Positions 28,937 to 38,530 of a DNA stretch of 64,000 nucleotides are shown here, one piece after another. The DNA comes from Candidatus Cloacimonadota bacterium. Lineage in GTDB: Bacteria; Cloacimonadota; Cloacimonadia; Cloacimonadales; TCS61. Every line of letters starts with the position of its first letter. Position 1 is the first letter of the stretch. The stretch lies in the NCBI GenBank assembly GCA_030621085.1, contig JAUXIJ010000006.1:3499-67498 (forward strand), in the 5' to 3' direction. The notes below the pieces were generated by a model. That model searched no databases. It saw only the letters and a list, made by a program, of their open reading frames with translations, and had not been told where the DNA came from. The position numbers were made by a program, and so were the translations under genes.

Positions 28937-29029
28937 ATGGGCAAAGGTGATAGAAAAAGTAAAAAAGGAAAGATCTGGCGTGGAACACATGGCAAAAGAA
29001 GACCGAAAGGTACAAAGAAAAAGAGGTGA
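28937..29029 (+). CDS. 30S ribosomal protein THX
   Basis: Below the ORF-track size cutoff. My translation is MGKGDRKSKKGKIWRGTHGKRRPKGTKKKR, which resembles Thermus THX ([20 protein letters not shown]..). GGAGG lies 6 nt upstream of the ATG. Confidence 0.8.
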   Translation: MGKGDRKSKKGKIWRGTHGKRRPKGTKKKR

Positions 29030-29031
29030 TC

Positions 29032-29583
29032 ATGAAACATCTGCTAAATTCAATAATAATAACTGCAATTCTTTTTTTTCTGTATTCAAACTTATACTCT
29101 GATATGAAAGAAGATGAAAATGATCATAATTGGGTTAAAAGGTTAAAAGTAGAAAAGTCTAAAAAATTAGGAAGCGGTTATGCACAGAGAAAACCTGATC
29201 CGTTATGTAGTCTTACAGAACAATTAGTACAAAAGGGTAAGAAATATATTGGAAAACTTGGCATTGATAAAACAATTTCTCTTATTAATAAAAAACCGAA
29301 TAAATTCAAGAAATTCAAATCTTACCTGTTTATAATAGACCTAAATGGCAATGTGTTAGCACATTCAGGGAATCCACTTTTTGCAGAGAAGAACATGTTA
29401 ACAACAAAAGATTCCAGAGGTTGCCTTTTTATACAAGAGTATATTCATAATATTCAGCAAATCGATAAAATAAATTATATCAATATTGTTACTATGAAGG
29501 ATTATTCACAGTACATATACAATTTTGTTTATTTGGAAAAGATCGATCAAAACCTGATAATAGGAGCAGTTGCCAGACCATAA
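29032..29583 (+). CDS. secreted single-Cache-like domain protein
   Basis: N-terminal hydrophobic signal/anchor. YLFIIDLNGNVLAHSGNPLFAEKNMLTTKDSRG resembles the sCache_2 pattern. The track start GTG 29026 is the alternative. Confidence 0.45.
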   Translation: MKHLLNSIIITAILFFLYSNLYSDMKEDENDHNWVKRLKVEKSKKLGSGYAQRKPDPLCSLTEQLVQKGKKYIGKLGIDKTISLINKKPNKFKKFKSYLFIIDLNGNVLAHSGNPLFAEKNMLTTKDSRGCLFIQEYIHNIQQIDKINYINIVTMKDYSQYIYNFVYLEKIDQNLIIGAVARP

Positions 29584-29615
29584 GAAAAAAGTTTCATCTG
29601 TAAATTATTTTAGCT

Positions 29616-30791
29616 TTATTTTTTTACAGTAATATTCTGATCTTCAAATTTCCTTATCAAACCCCATTCCACAACAACAAAACCCTTACGATGAAACTTC
29701 GGAATTTCAGGTTCCTGCAAAACAAGATCATTATCCTGTAATTCTTTTATAGTATAGATCAATCGTAGAATGTTATCCGGCTTTTTAGAAAAATTAAGTT
29801 GAATTATTCTATCTAACTGCTCATTATATTGCGGATAAATTACATAATACGGATAGTCTTTTAAAAGAGGTAACCAATAGTCTGTGAAATCAGTTATTTC
29901 CTGTCCTACGAAACCGGTTTCAGCCAGATTTTTTATGAAGAACAATTCCAGATCATCCTGTGCAATCACCCATCCTTTTGTGTATTGGCTTGGATCAGGA
30001 TTCACACTTTCATAAAAGAGATAATTATGTGTTCCATTTATTAGCCCCGAAGGTTCGATCTTCATATTTTCCCACTTCTTACAATATTCAGGGATGGAAG
30101 TAGTTACTTCTCCTCCATGCGGAAAATCTATTGAAACATCAAGCGTGATATCTTCTTCAGGATAAATATAGATATTCGGTTTTTCTGGATGAACTATTGC
30201 CATGGGTAAGAAATAATTTATATAATCACTATTCACGATGAAATCGTATAAATTGCACTCAGGATATAAGCATTTGAAAGCTATCTGATATTCTCCAAAT
30301 GGGATATCTATCGCAAAATATCCATTTACAGTTGTTGTAAGGCTATCTACAATCACACTATCCTGAAGGATATAAAATTCATCCTGTACTGGACCACAAG
30401 GATGACGCAAAATTGAACCACAAACAAGCCCTGGGTTTACCGGTGAGAAAACTCCACTTGCATCAATTAGAATCATTTCTTGTTGACTACACTCATAATA
30501 ATTTGAATAAAATTCATTTTTCCTGGCAAGAACTCTATATTGAAACGTAAAGAGATTATATTCATACTCATACTCAAAAGCATACTTTTCTAAAAAAAAC
30601 TCAGTGCTATTTGGTAGATCAAGTGTTACAGTTTGCCCATCATCAGATTCAGTAAGTGTTTCATCATAGATTAATTCATTGTTATAATATACTCCCAGCT
30701 TTGCGGAATATTCATCTCCAGGTGAAGTACTGTTGTTATCACATCCCAACATTACTATCATAACAACCAAGGTAATAATCCATTTTTTCAT
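29616..30791 (-). CDS. lipoprotein, unknown function
   Basis: Start moved to ATG 30791, which is preceded by GGGAGGAG. Lipobox ..VMLGCDNN. Confidence 0.45.
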   Translation of the reverse strand: MKKWIITLVVMIVMLGCDNNSTSPGDEYSAKLGVYYNNELIYDETLTESDDGQTVTLDLPNSTEFFLEKYAFEYEYEYNLFTFQYRVLARKNEFYSNYYECSQQEMILIDASGVFSPVNPGLVCGSILRHPCGPVQDEFYILQDSVIVDSLTTTVNGYFAIDIPFGEYQIAFKCLYPECNLYDFIVNSDYINYFLPMAIVHPEKPNIYIYPEEDITLDVSIDFPHGGEVTTSIPEYCKKWENMKIEPSGLINGTHNYLFYESVNPDPSQYTKGWVIAQDDLELFFIKNLAETGFVGQEITDFTDYWLPLLKDYPYYVIYPQYNEQLDRIIQLNFSKKPDNILRLIYTIKELQDNDLVLQEPEIPKFHRKGFVVVEWGLIRKFEDQNITVKK

Positions 30792-30954
30792 AATAGTCTC
30801 CTCCCTTATTAAAGAATTGGTAAATATGAAAACCTGGAACAATTAACCTCTTTCTTTTTATAAAATGTGAAATATTTTGTCAAACATTTTATGGAATATT
30901 AAATTTCCATTACTTTGATCAGTTTATTAATTTCTATTTTTAGTTAGGTCTAAA

Positions 30955-32037
30955 TTAATATTCTTTTAACAACTCGTGATTGAATCTATATTGGTCTATC
31001 ATCTGTTTTATCTTAGAAATGGCAGCAACTTTATCGACCTGCATCAGGTTTCTTCTGATTGCATTGATCTTATCAATTTCTTCCGAAGAATGGAGCAGCT
31101 CTTCTTTTCGTGTACCGCTTTCTGTGATATTGATAGCTGGAAATACTCTTTCTTCTGCGATCTCACTGTCCAGGATTATTTCGCAGTTTCCAGTACCTTT
31201 AAATTCCTGGAAAATTACTTCATCCATACGGGAACCGGTATCTTTTAGAATTGTAGCTATGATCGTGCAGGAACCGCCATTCTCAATGTTTCTGGCCATA
31301 CCGAATAATTTGCGTGGCAGTTCCAGTGCTCCCGAGGCTAAACCTCCGGACATGATCCGATTATTTGAATTCCTATCACTAATATTGTAGGCGCGCCCCA
31401 TCCTGGTAAGACTATCAATCAGTATCACGACGTTATTACCGCATTCAACTTCCGTACGTATATGGTTTAAAAGGAAGCTGGATAGCACTATATGCGAAGC
31501 AGTTCCCTTGTCCAGAGAACTATGAAAGACATGAGCTTTTGTATTCATAATGAACGAAGTTACTTCTTCCGGGCGTTCATCGATGAGAAGAATGATAACC
31601 TTGAGATTGAAATCGATGCGATACAGATCGTTGGCAATAGCCTCTAACAACATTGTTTTTCCTGCTCGGGGAGGGGACACGATGAGTCCTCTGGTTCCCT
31701 TACCAATAGGAGCTATCAGATCAACAATCCTGATGGATGCAGATCCGGAGGAGCCAAAATCAAATTTTTCCGTAGGATTTACAGGAAGCAATTTACTAAA
31801 ATCTGCTCTGGAAGCAAATTCTTCCGGTTTCAGATCGCAAACACTAATAATATTGTTAATCTTTCCATCTTCGATCTCGCATTTCACCCGGGCTCCGCTC
31901 TTCAGATGATATTTCAAGATCAGATCTTTCGGGAATTCATAATAATCATGTCTGTTGTCAAAAGGGATCGTCCACAGAACAGGCGGATGATTTCGGGCAA
32001 TATTCAAATAACCTTCAAAAATAATTTTCTTTTTCAT
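30955..32037 (-). CDS. rho: transcription termination factor Rho (short N-terminus)
   Basis: Has VDLIAPIGKGTRGLIVSPPRAGKTMLL (Walker A), a Rho-type ATPase core, and an OB-fold-like N-terminal part. 360 aa versus about 420 in E. coli. Confidence 0.9.
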   Translation of the reverse strand: MKKKIIFEGYLNIARNHPPVLWTIPFDNRHDYYEFPKDLILKYHLKSGARVKCEIEDGKINNIISVCDLKPEEFASRADFSKLLPVNPTEKFDFGSSGSASIRIVDLIAPIGKGTRGLIVSPPRAGKTMLLEAIANDLYRIDFNLKVIILLIDERPEEVTSFIMNTKAHVFHSSLDKGTASHIVLSSFLLNHIRTEVECGNNVVILIDSLTRMGRAYNISDRNSNNRIMSGGLASGALELPRKLFGMARNIENGGSCTIIATILKDTGSRMDEVIFQEFKGTGNCEIILDSEIAEERVFPAINITESGTRKEELLHSSEEIDKINAIRRNLMQVDKVAAISKIKQMIDQYRFNHELLKEY

Positions 32038-32388
32038 ACTGCAGATATTTTCATAATGAGAAATGTGTCAATAATGCTATTGAAAAGAGTAGAGAAATCA
32101 ATCTAAATTGCCTGCTAAATAATGATTCTATTAACGGTTAAACCCTAATATTCTGGAAATTATCTCTTAGCTTGTGAGTTCGAAATCTTGGAAATAACTC
32201 CCCAGAGCATTCGAATGCGGAAAACATTTTCGATCTTGATTTCAAAATTTTTCTTGGACAATAAGCCAGCATAAAATTTATGGTCGCAATAATTAATAAA
32301 TCACATTATTAATTCTATAAATATTTATTTTTCAGTTTGTTAAACTTCAAATGAATAATTTATATTGAAGAAGAAAAGAGGAAATAAA

Positions 32389-34449
32389 ATGGATATTAAA
32401 AAATTTAGAAATATCGGCATCAGTGCTCACATAGATTCCGGTAAAACAACCTTAACAGAACGAATATTATATTATTGTAATAAAATATATAGAATCGGAG
32501 AAGTTCGTGGAAAAGACGGCGTGGGAGCAACAATGGACTCCATGGAGCTTGAAAAGGAACGAGGGATCACTATCGCATCCGCTACCACAAATGTGAGATG
32601 GGATGGGCATAACCTTAACGTTATCGATACCCCGGGTCACGTGGATTTCACGATCGAAGTAGAAAACGCGCTGCGAGTATTAGATGGTGCGATTCTTGTT
32701 CTTTGTGGTGTTAGCGGGGTTCAATCACAATCGATTACAGTCGATAGGCAATTAAAAAGATATAAAGTCCCTCACATCGCATTCATAAATAAATTAGATA
32801 GAGTCGGAGCGGACCCGGAAAAAGTTAAGGATCAACTGTGTGAAAAGTTAGATCATAATGCGGTTTTAATGCAGATCTCAATTGGACTGGAAGAAAATTT
32901 TGAAGGCATTATCGATCTTATTTCCCGAAAAGCAAGATACTTTGTAGGACCCAAAGGCGAGCAGGTAAAGGAAACTGAAATTCCTGATGAATATGTTGAT
33001 AAGACCGAAGAAATGCGCGAAAAAATGATCGATGCTGTTTCTATGTTCAACGATGAACTGGCAGAAGCTTTTTTGGAAGGAAATGAAACTGAAGAGATAA
33101 TCATTGAAGCTGTAAGAAAAGCTACAATTGCCATGGAGATGACTCCTGTTTTTATGGGCTCCGCATTTAAGAACAAAGGTGTTCAATTACTCCTGGATGC
33201 AGTTGTTCGTTATCTTCCCGATCCAACAGAAATTGAGAATATTGCTCATGATAAAAACGATGAAATGAGAAATATAAAACTTGTATCCGATTCCAGGTTA
33301 CCAACTGTTGCACTGGCATTCAAATTGGAAAATCAACAATATGGTCAACTTACATACTTGCGTATCTATCAAGGCACAATATCTAAAGGAACTGATCTGA
33401 GGAATGCCAGAACTGGAAATAAAATAAAAGTAGGTCGACTTGTAAAAATGCATGCTGATAACATGGAAGATATTACAAGTGCAAGTGCAGGTGACATCGT
33501 GGCTCTGTTCGGAGTTGACTGTGCACTGGGAGATACATTTAATGGTGGGAAAAACAACTACACAATGCGCGAATCCTTTGTTCCAAAACCTATTATATCT
33601 CTTGCGTTAAATGTTAAAGATAGTAAGGATCAGGATAATCTTTCCAAAGCCCTGGCAAGATTCACAAAAGAAGATCCCACCTTTAAAACACATGTTGATG
33701 AAGAAACCAACGAAACAATAGTCCTTGGAATGGGAGAATTACATTTAAATGTGTATATAGAAAGGATGAGAAGAGAATATGGTGTTAACCTAGAAGTTTG
33801 TGAACCTCAAGTTTCGTATCGGGAAACCATTACCAAGGCAATTGAATTTGATTATATTCATAAAAAGCAATCCGGTGGACGCGGTCAATTTGCGCGGGTT
33901 AAGGGGATTCTTACTCATTCCGGAAAAGATGAAAATATATTTATAGATAAGGTCCGCGGTGGTAATATTCCCAGTCAATTCATTCCCGGTTGTGAAAAAG
34001 GATTTTTCTCTGTATTACAAAAGGGAGAGCTTGCCGGATTCCCGGTTGTAGGAGTAAAAATGACTTTGGATGATGGCGATTTCCATGCTGTAGATTCCTC
34101 GCAACTTGCCTTCGAGGTCGCAACCAGAGCTGCTTTCAAAAAGAATTACCATAAAGCTAAACCAATTATTCTGGAACCAGTAATGAAAGTTTCGGTGGAA
34201 ACTCCTTCTGAATTCCGTGGAAATATCATGGCAATAATTAACCAGAATAGAGGACTTGTTTCAGATACTGTGATAGACGATAATTTCACACGTATCGATT
34301 CGGAAATACCACTCTCTGAAACCTTTGGACTTGCAACACAATTCAGATCTGTAACTCAGGGTAAAGCAGATTTCACAATGGAATTCAGTGAATATCGATC
34401 ACTTCCCAAAAGTATCGAAGAAGAAATCCTGAAGAAAAGAGAAAAATAA
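32389..34449 (+). CDS. fusA: elongation factor G, stand-alone copy (not in an rpsL-rpsG-fusA-tuf context)
   Basis: Start moved to ATG 32389, after AGAGGA. Has [24 protein letters not shown] and NKLDR, plus EF-G domains II-V. Confidence 0.9.
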   Translation: MDIKKFRNIGISAHIDSGKTTLTERILYYCNKIYRIGEVRGKDGVGATMDSMELEKERGITIASATTNVRWDGHNLNVIDTPGHVDFTIEVENALRVLDGAILVLCGVSGVQSQSITVDRQLKRYKVPHIAFINKLDRVGADPEKVKDQLCEKLDHNAVLMQISIGLEENFEGIIDLISRKARYFVGPKGEQVKETEIPDEYVDKTEEMREKMIDAVSMFNDELAEAFLEGNETEEIIIEAVRKATIAMEMTPVFMGSAFKNKGVQLLLDAVVRYLPDPTEIENIAHDKNDEMRNIKLVSDSRLPTVALAFKLENQQYGQLTYLRIYQGTISKGTDLRNARTGNKIKVGRLVKMHADNMEDITSASAGDIVALFGVDCALGDTFNGGKNNYTMRESFVPKPIISLALNVKDSKDQDNLSKALARFTKEDPTFKTHVDEETNETIVLGMGELHLNVYIERMRREYGVNLEVCEPQVSYRETITKAIEFDYIHKKQSGGRGQFARVKGILTHSGKDENIFIDKVRGGNIPSQFIPGCEKGFFSVLQKGELAGFPVVGVKMTLDDGDFHAVDSSQLAFEVATRAAFKKNYHKAKPIILEPVMKVSVETPSEFRGNIMAIINQNRGLVSDTVIDDNFTRIDSEIPLSETFGLATQFRSVTQGKADFTMEFSEYRSLPKSIEEEILKKREK

Positions 34450-34517
34450 TAGCTAAGAAGTAATTTGAAATTGGAAATTGGGAATTCTTGACTCGTAAAT
34501 CTTAATTCGTAATTGAA

Positions 34518-36299
34518 TCATTCCCACTCGATCGTTCCCGGTGGTTTGGTGGTAATATCGTAGAAGATGTTGCCAACATTTTCAATTTTCTGAACTTCAG
34601 AAATTATCTCTTTTAAATAATCGAAATCCATTTCATACACGCTGGCTGACATTGCATCCTGCGAGCAAACAGGACGCATAACATAACACAATCTATCATT
34701 CGTGTTTCTAAGAGGTAATTGCACAACAGGCATCTGCCAGATATCTGTAATATCGTCTGTTCTTTTCCGTAAAATTGCATCAACTTTCATCAGTTCATCC
34801 AAGTTTTGTTTTTCCAAAAACAACTTTTCAAGCTGCAAATTCCCGGCAGGTTTCATAGAGAATATAAGCCTGTTAACCGTTTTTAACTTATTTATTACTT
34901 TAGAAGAACATTCATTGATAATTTTCCAAGATTTGCTCGCATCTTCCTTAAACCAAACCACTGCTGGATGATGATAAGTTCTGAAATCTCCCTGAACTCC
35001 CACGCTTTTAATTGGGAGAATTTTACCCTGCATATCGAATTCCGAGAGAATCACGTTCATAAAATTTTCTTCTTTTGTGTAATCAATTTGTAGTTCTGTT
35101 TTATCTGAGCAAATAACTCTGATAGCCAATCCCGGTCCGGGAAAGGGATGGCGATGAACAAGTTTATACGGAAGCCCGAGTTCTTCACCAAGCCTGCGTA
35201 CTTCATCTTTATAAAGCTCTTTTATCGGTTCGATGATCTTTCCTTCGGCAATAAGTTTTTCAATTTCATAAACCCGATTATGATGTGTTTTGATCTTAGC
35301 AGCTTTATCCGTAGAACCGCTCTCGATAGTATCAGGATAAATAGTGCCTTGTACCAACATCCAGTCAGTATTCTGGTCAAGTTTAGAAAGTTCGTCATTG
35401 GCAATATCAACAAATAATTTTCCGATTATTATTCGTTTTTGTTCAGGATCGACGATGCTATTTAATTCTTTTAAATATTGCTCCTCTGCTTCGATAATTT
35501 TAATATTTTTAAAACCAAGCTCGTCAAAATGTTCAAGTATTTCTTTTGATTCGTTCAATCTCATGAATCCGGTATCAATGTGAATCGAGTAAACATTTTC
35601 ATTCCCAATTGCCTGAATGCAAAGTTCAAGAGCAACCAAGGAATCCACACCGCCGGAAAGAAGTAGAACCAATTTCCTGTTTTTTACTTTTTCCCGGATT
35701 TCATTAATAAGCTGCTGTTTAAAATTCTTCACATTCCAATTTCTTTCTTTTGTGCAACAGTTGATGAAATTTTCCAGCATTTTCATCCCATTCTTAGTAT
35801 GCGTAACTTCGGGGTGAAATTGAAATCCAAAATACTTTTCAGATTCATAAGCTGCAATTTTTATGGAATCGCTGGAAGCGGTGATCTTGAAACCTTTTGG
35901 TAATTTACAAACGTGATCTCCGTGGCTCATCCATACTTTTTGTTCTTTTTCTAATCCATCAAAAAGAACAGCATCAGTTTGGCAGATTATGCTAGTGAAA
36001 CCGTATTCCTTGTTCTCACCACTTTCGATTTCGCCACCAACCATTTTTGCCAGAAGTTGATGTCCGTAACAGATTCCCATAATTGGAATATTATTTTTCT
36101 GAATATCCAAATTTATTCTAAATGCATCTTCTGCATTTACGGATTGCGGTCCGCCCGAGAATATTATACCGACAATTTCCTCATTTGTTTTAAAACTTTC
36201 GGGGTGTACGATCTCGCTGAAAACTCCCAGATCACGGATTCTTCGCGCGATGAGATGGGTGTATTGACCACCGAAATCTACTATTGCTATTTTTTTCAT
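34518..36299 (-). CDS. guaA: GMP synthase (glutamine-hydrolysing)
   Basis: N-terminal GATase (GICYGHQL, FHPEV) and ATP-pyrophosphatase P-loop LSGGVDS. C-terminal ..PPGTIEWE. Confidence 0.9.
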   Translation of the reverse strand: MKKIAIVDFGGQYTHLIARRIRDLGVFSEIVHPESFKTNEEIVGIIFSGGPQSVNAEDAFRINLDIQKNNIPIMGICYGHQLLAKMVGGEIESGENKEYGFTSIICQTDAVLFDGLEKEQKVWMSHGDHVCKLPKGFKITASSDSIKIAAYESEKYFGFQFHPEVTHTKNGMKMLENFINCCTKERNWNVKNFKQQLINEIREKVKNRKLVLLLSGGVDSLVALELCIQAIGNENVYSIHIDTGFMRLNESKEILEHFDELGFKNIKIIEAEEQYLKELNSIVDPEQKRIIIGKLFVDIANDELSKLDQNTDWMLVQGTIYPDTIESGSTDKAAKIKTHHNRVYEIEKLIAEGKIIEPIKELYKDEVRRLGEELGLPYKLVHRHPFPGPGLAIRVICSDKTELQIDYTKEENFMNVILSEFDMQGKILPIKSVGVQGDFRTYHHPAVVWFKEDASKSWKIINECSSKVINKLKTVNRLIFSMKPAGNLQLEKLFLEKQNLDELMKVDAILRKRTDDITDIWQMPVVQLPLRNTNDRLCYVMRPVCSQDAMSASVYEMDFDYLKEIISEVQKIENVGNIFYDITTKPPGTIEWE

Positions 36300-36310
36300 A
36301 TAACCCTTTT

Positions 36311-36338
36311 ACCACAGAGCTCACGGAGAGCACAGAGG
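36311..36338 (+). repeat. CAC-N-RAG word
   Basis: ACCACAGAGCTCACGGAGAGCACAGAGG lies directly upstream of the guaA start. Confidence 0.6.
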
Positions 36339-36404
36339 TGATTTGAAATAATTCCAAAATTAAAGAGATGCATTAGTGAGATTATTTCATCCAGAGCAAA
36401 AGTA

Positions 36405-36804
36405 TTGTCATCCTGAGCGAAGTCGAAGGATAAACAATCATTTCCTAATATAATTTTTTGAATGAGAATCATTTTTACATTCTGCCAGTTTGTGCAATAA
36501 ATTAAATTTATCATTAATCAATGCTTCCTTTTTTGCTCTTGTCCAACCCTTTATTTGTCTTTCTGCAGATATTGCATCATAGGCATCTTCGAAATAATCT
36601 GAAAAAATGAGCTTAACTGGTCTTCTATTCTTTGTATAACCTTTGATTGTACCTTGTTGATGCTCTGATATCCTCTTTTCAATATCTGATGTTGATCCAG
36701 TATAATACGATCCATCAGAGCATTTTAAAATATAAACCCAATATGTTTTCATTTCTTTAACCTGATTAAATCATTTGCTCCTTCGACTCCGCTCAGGATG
36801 ACAA
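36405..36804 (-). mobile_element. GIY-YIG gene cassette bracketed by 26-bp inverted repeats (mobility hypothetical)
   Basis: Left IR is TTGTCATCCTGAGCGAAGTCGAAGGA (36405-36430). The reverse complement of the right IR (36779-36804) is TTGTCATCCTGAGCGGAGTCGAAGGA, giving 25/26 identity. The IRs lie 7 and 26 nt from the gene ends. Confidence 0.4.
36438..36752 (-). CDS. GIY-YIG nuclease family protein (small, UPF0213-like)
   Basis: 104 aa starting MKTYWVYILKCSDGSYYTGSTSDIEKRISEHQQG. Confidence 0.85.
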   Translation of the reverse strand: MKTYWVYILKCSDGSYYTGSTSDIEKRISEHQQGTIKGYTKNRRPVKLIFSDYFEDAYDAISAERQIKGWTRAKKEALINDKFNLLHKLAECKNDSHSKNYIRK

Positions 36805-36810
36805 ATGATT

Positions 36811-37410
36811 TTATATATTTCTACAATTCTCCGTGTGCTCTGTGGTTAATATTTTCTTCAAACATTCACTATAAAAAACATGCTCTACAGCCAGTCCTCT
36901 TTGTTCCACTTCTTCCAGAGTTTTGCAATCTGAAATATCTACTTCTTTTTTCGCAATTACCTGTCCGGTATCGAATCCCTCATTCACAAAATGAACAGTG
37001 ACTTTAGTTTTTTCCATCTTATTTTCAAATGCCCATTCATAACCGTGCAAACCTTGATGCAGAGCTGTATCAGCAGGATGGATGTTGATGATCCTGTTTC
37101 TAAACCTCTGAACAACATCAGAACTTAAGATCTTCATATAACCTGCTAAAATAATGTAATCGGGATTCAATTCATCAAGATAATCAAACAGTAATTTATT
37201 GTATGTCGACCGCTTTTTCCCTTTGGATTCTATTACTTTTGTATCGAGCCTAAAACTTTCTGCGATGACCAGCCCAGGAGCATCTTTTTTATTGGAGAAT
37301 ACCACAATAACATCGCAAAGGTCTTTCAGCATTCCGTTTTTTACATTATCCACGATCGCTTTCATATTGCTACCGCGACCGGAAATGAGGATTGCTATTT
37401 TTTTTTTCAT
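36811..37410 (-). CDS. purN: phosphoribosylglycinamide formyltransferase
   Basis: Start moved to ATG 37410 (MKKKIAILISGRGSNM), which is 1 nt after the upstream stop. Has IINIHPA. The last 11 codons read through a CAC-N-RAG word. Confidence 0.85.
   Translation of the reverse strand: MKKKIAILISGRGSNMKAIVDNVKNGMLKDLCDVIVVFSNKKDAPGLVIAESFRLDTKVIESKGKKRSTYNKLLFDYLDELNPDYIILAGYMKILSSDVVQRFRNRIINIHPADTALHQGLHGYEWAFENKMEKTKVTVHFVNEGFDTGQVIAKKEVDISDCKTLEEVEQRGLAVEHVFYSECLKKILTTEHTENCRNI
36829..36846 (-). repeat. CAC-N-RAG word inside the purN 3' end
   Basis: The reverse complement reads ACCACAGAGCACACGGAG, translated as ..TTEHTE.. in purN. Confidence 0.55.
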
Positions 37411-37411
37411 A

Positions 37412-38527
37412 TTAATGAAGATCATCAAGCCAACAGGCTGTTTTGATAAATTTTTTCTTGAAGAATTTACCACTATTTTTTGGATCTTTTGTCTGATGAT
37501 ATTTAAAATAAATTTCATCGTTCATAATCCCAAGTATTTCTATCTTCCCTGTTTTATGCGACATCACATATTTAAACCGTTTTCCGTGACCGCTCAATCT
37601 TGTTTTTGCTTCTTCCACTATCTTAATACCTTTAAATAGGGATACTTGGAAGTTGTATTTAACCCTTTTCACTGGTCTACATTGGAAAATGTAATATGGA
37701 TTTATTCCGATAGAAACCATTTTTTTTTGTAAGTTTGCAATAATTTCCGGATTATCATTTACACCTTTCAATAGAACTGTCTGATTATTTATTATTACTC
37801 CAGCTCGAAGTAGCTTTCTTGCTGCTCTTTTAAGCTCATTTGTAATTTCTTTTGGATGATCAATTTGAGTAACCAGATATATTTGCTTCTTATATTTCGC
37901 ATATCTTCGGAATAATATTAATAATTCCTCATCTTTCAGAATTCTATTTGGTAGGAACACAGGCATTTTTGTTCCAAATCTAACAAAATCGAGATGTTGA
38001 ATATCTTCCAATTCCACCAAAAATTTGCGGATTATTTCGGTTTCCAACATAAGTGGATCTCCGCCAGTAATAAGAACATTATTGATCTCTTTATGCTGCC
38101 GAATATATTCTGTTGCTTTTTTAAAATTTTTGATGACTTCTTTGGTAGATTTTCCCACCATTCTTTTGCGAAAACAGAAGCGACAATAACTTGCACATTG
38201 ATTAGTTGCTAAGATGAGTGCTGTTTGGTTATATTTATGTTGAAATCCCAAGAATTTTGTATTAGATTTCTCGCCGCCGGTATCGTACGAACCGGAAAGA
38301 TTTTTTTCTTCCACAGAAGGTATCACCATTTTTTTTATTGGATCATCAGGATTTTCAAAATCTATCAGTTTTAAATAGTATTGTGTTATACTCATCGGGT
38401 GACGTTTTACTAATTTCTTAAAATGGATTTCTTCCTGCTTAGTTAACCGAATATATTTTTTAAGTTCTTCAATTGTTGTTATGCTCTGTTTTAACTCATT
38501 TCTCCACATAGTTAATTTCACCTTCAT
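37412..38527 (-). CDS. KamA-family radical SAM protein (lysine 2,3-aminomutase-like)
   Basis: Has NQCASYCRFCFRKRMVG (CxxxCxxC) and a general KamA/EpmB-like layout. 371 aa. Confidence 0.75.
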   Translation of the reverse strand: MKVKLTMWRNELKQSITTIEELKKYIRLTKQEEIHFKKLVKRHPMSITQYYLKLIDFENPDDPIKKMVIPSVEEKNLSGSYDTGGEKSNTKFLGFQHKYNQTALILATNQCASYCRFCFRKRMVGKSTKEVIKNFKKATEYIRQHKEINNVLITGGDPLMLETEIIRKFLVELEDIQHLDFVRFGTKMPVFLPNRILKDEELLILFRRYAKYKKQIYLVTQIDHPKEITNELKRAARKLLRAGVIINNQTVLLKGVNDNPEIIANLQKKMVSIGINPYYIFQCRPVKRVKYNFQVSLFKGIKIVEEAKTRLSGHGKRFKYVMSHKTGKIEILGIMNDEIYFKYHQTKDPKNSGKFFKKKFIKTACWLDDLH

Positions 38528-38530
38528 ATT

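Noticed and set aside
32174-32192. tRNA-like T-loop string GTGAGTTCGAAATCTTGG
   Set aside because: The flanks do not form a T-stem or acceptor stem, and no cloverleaf can be drawn.
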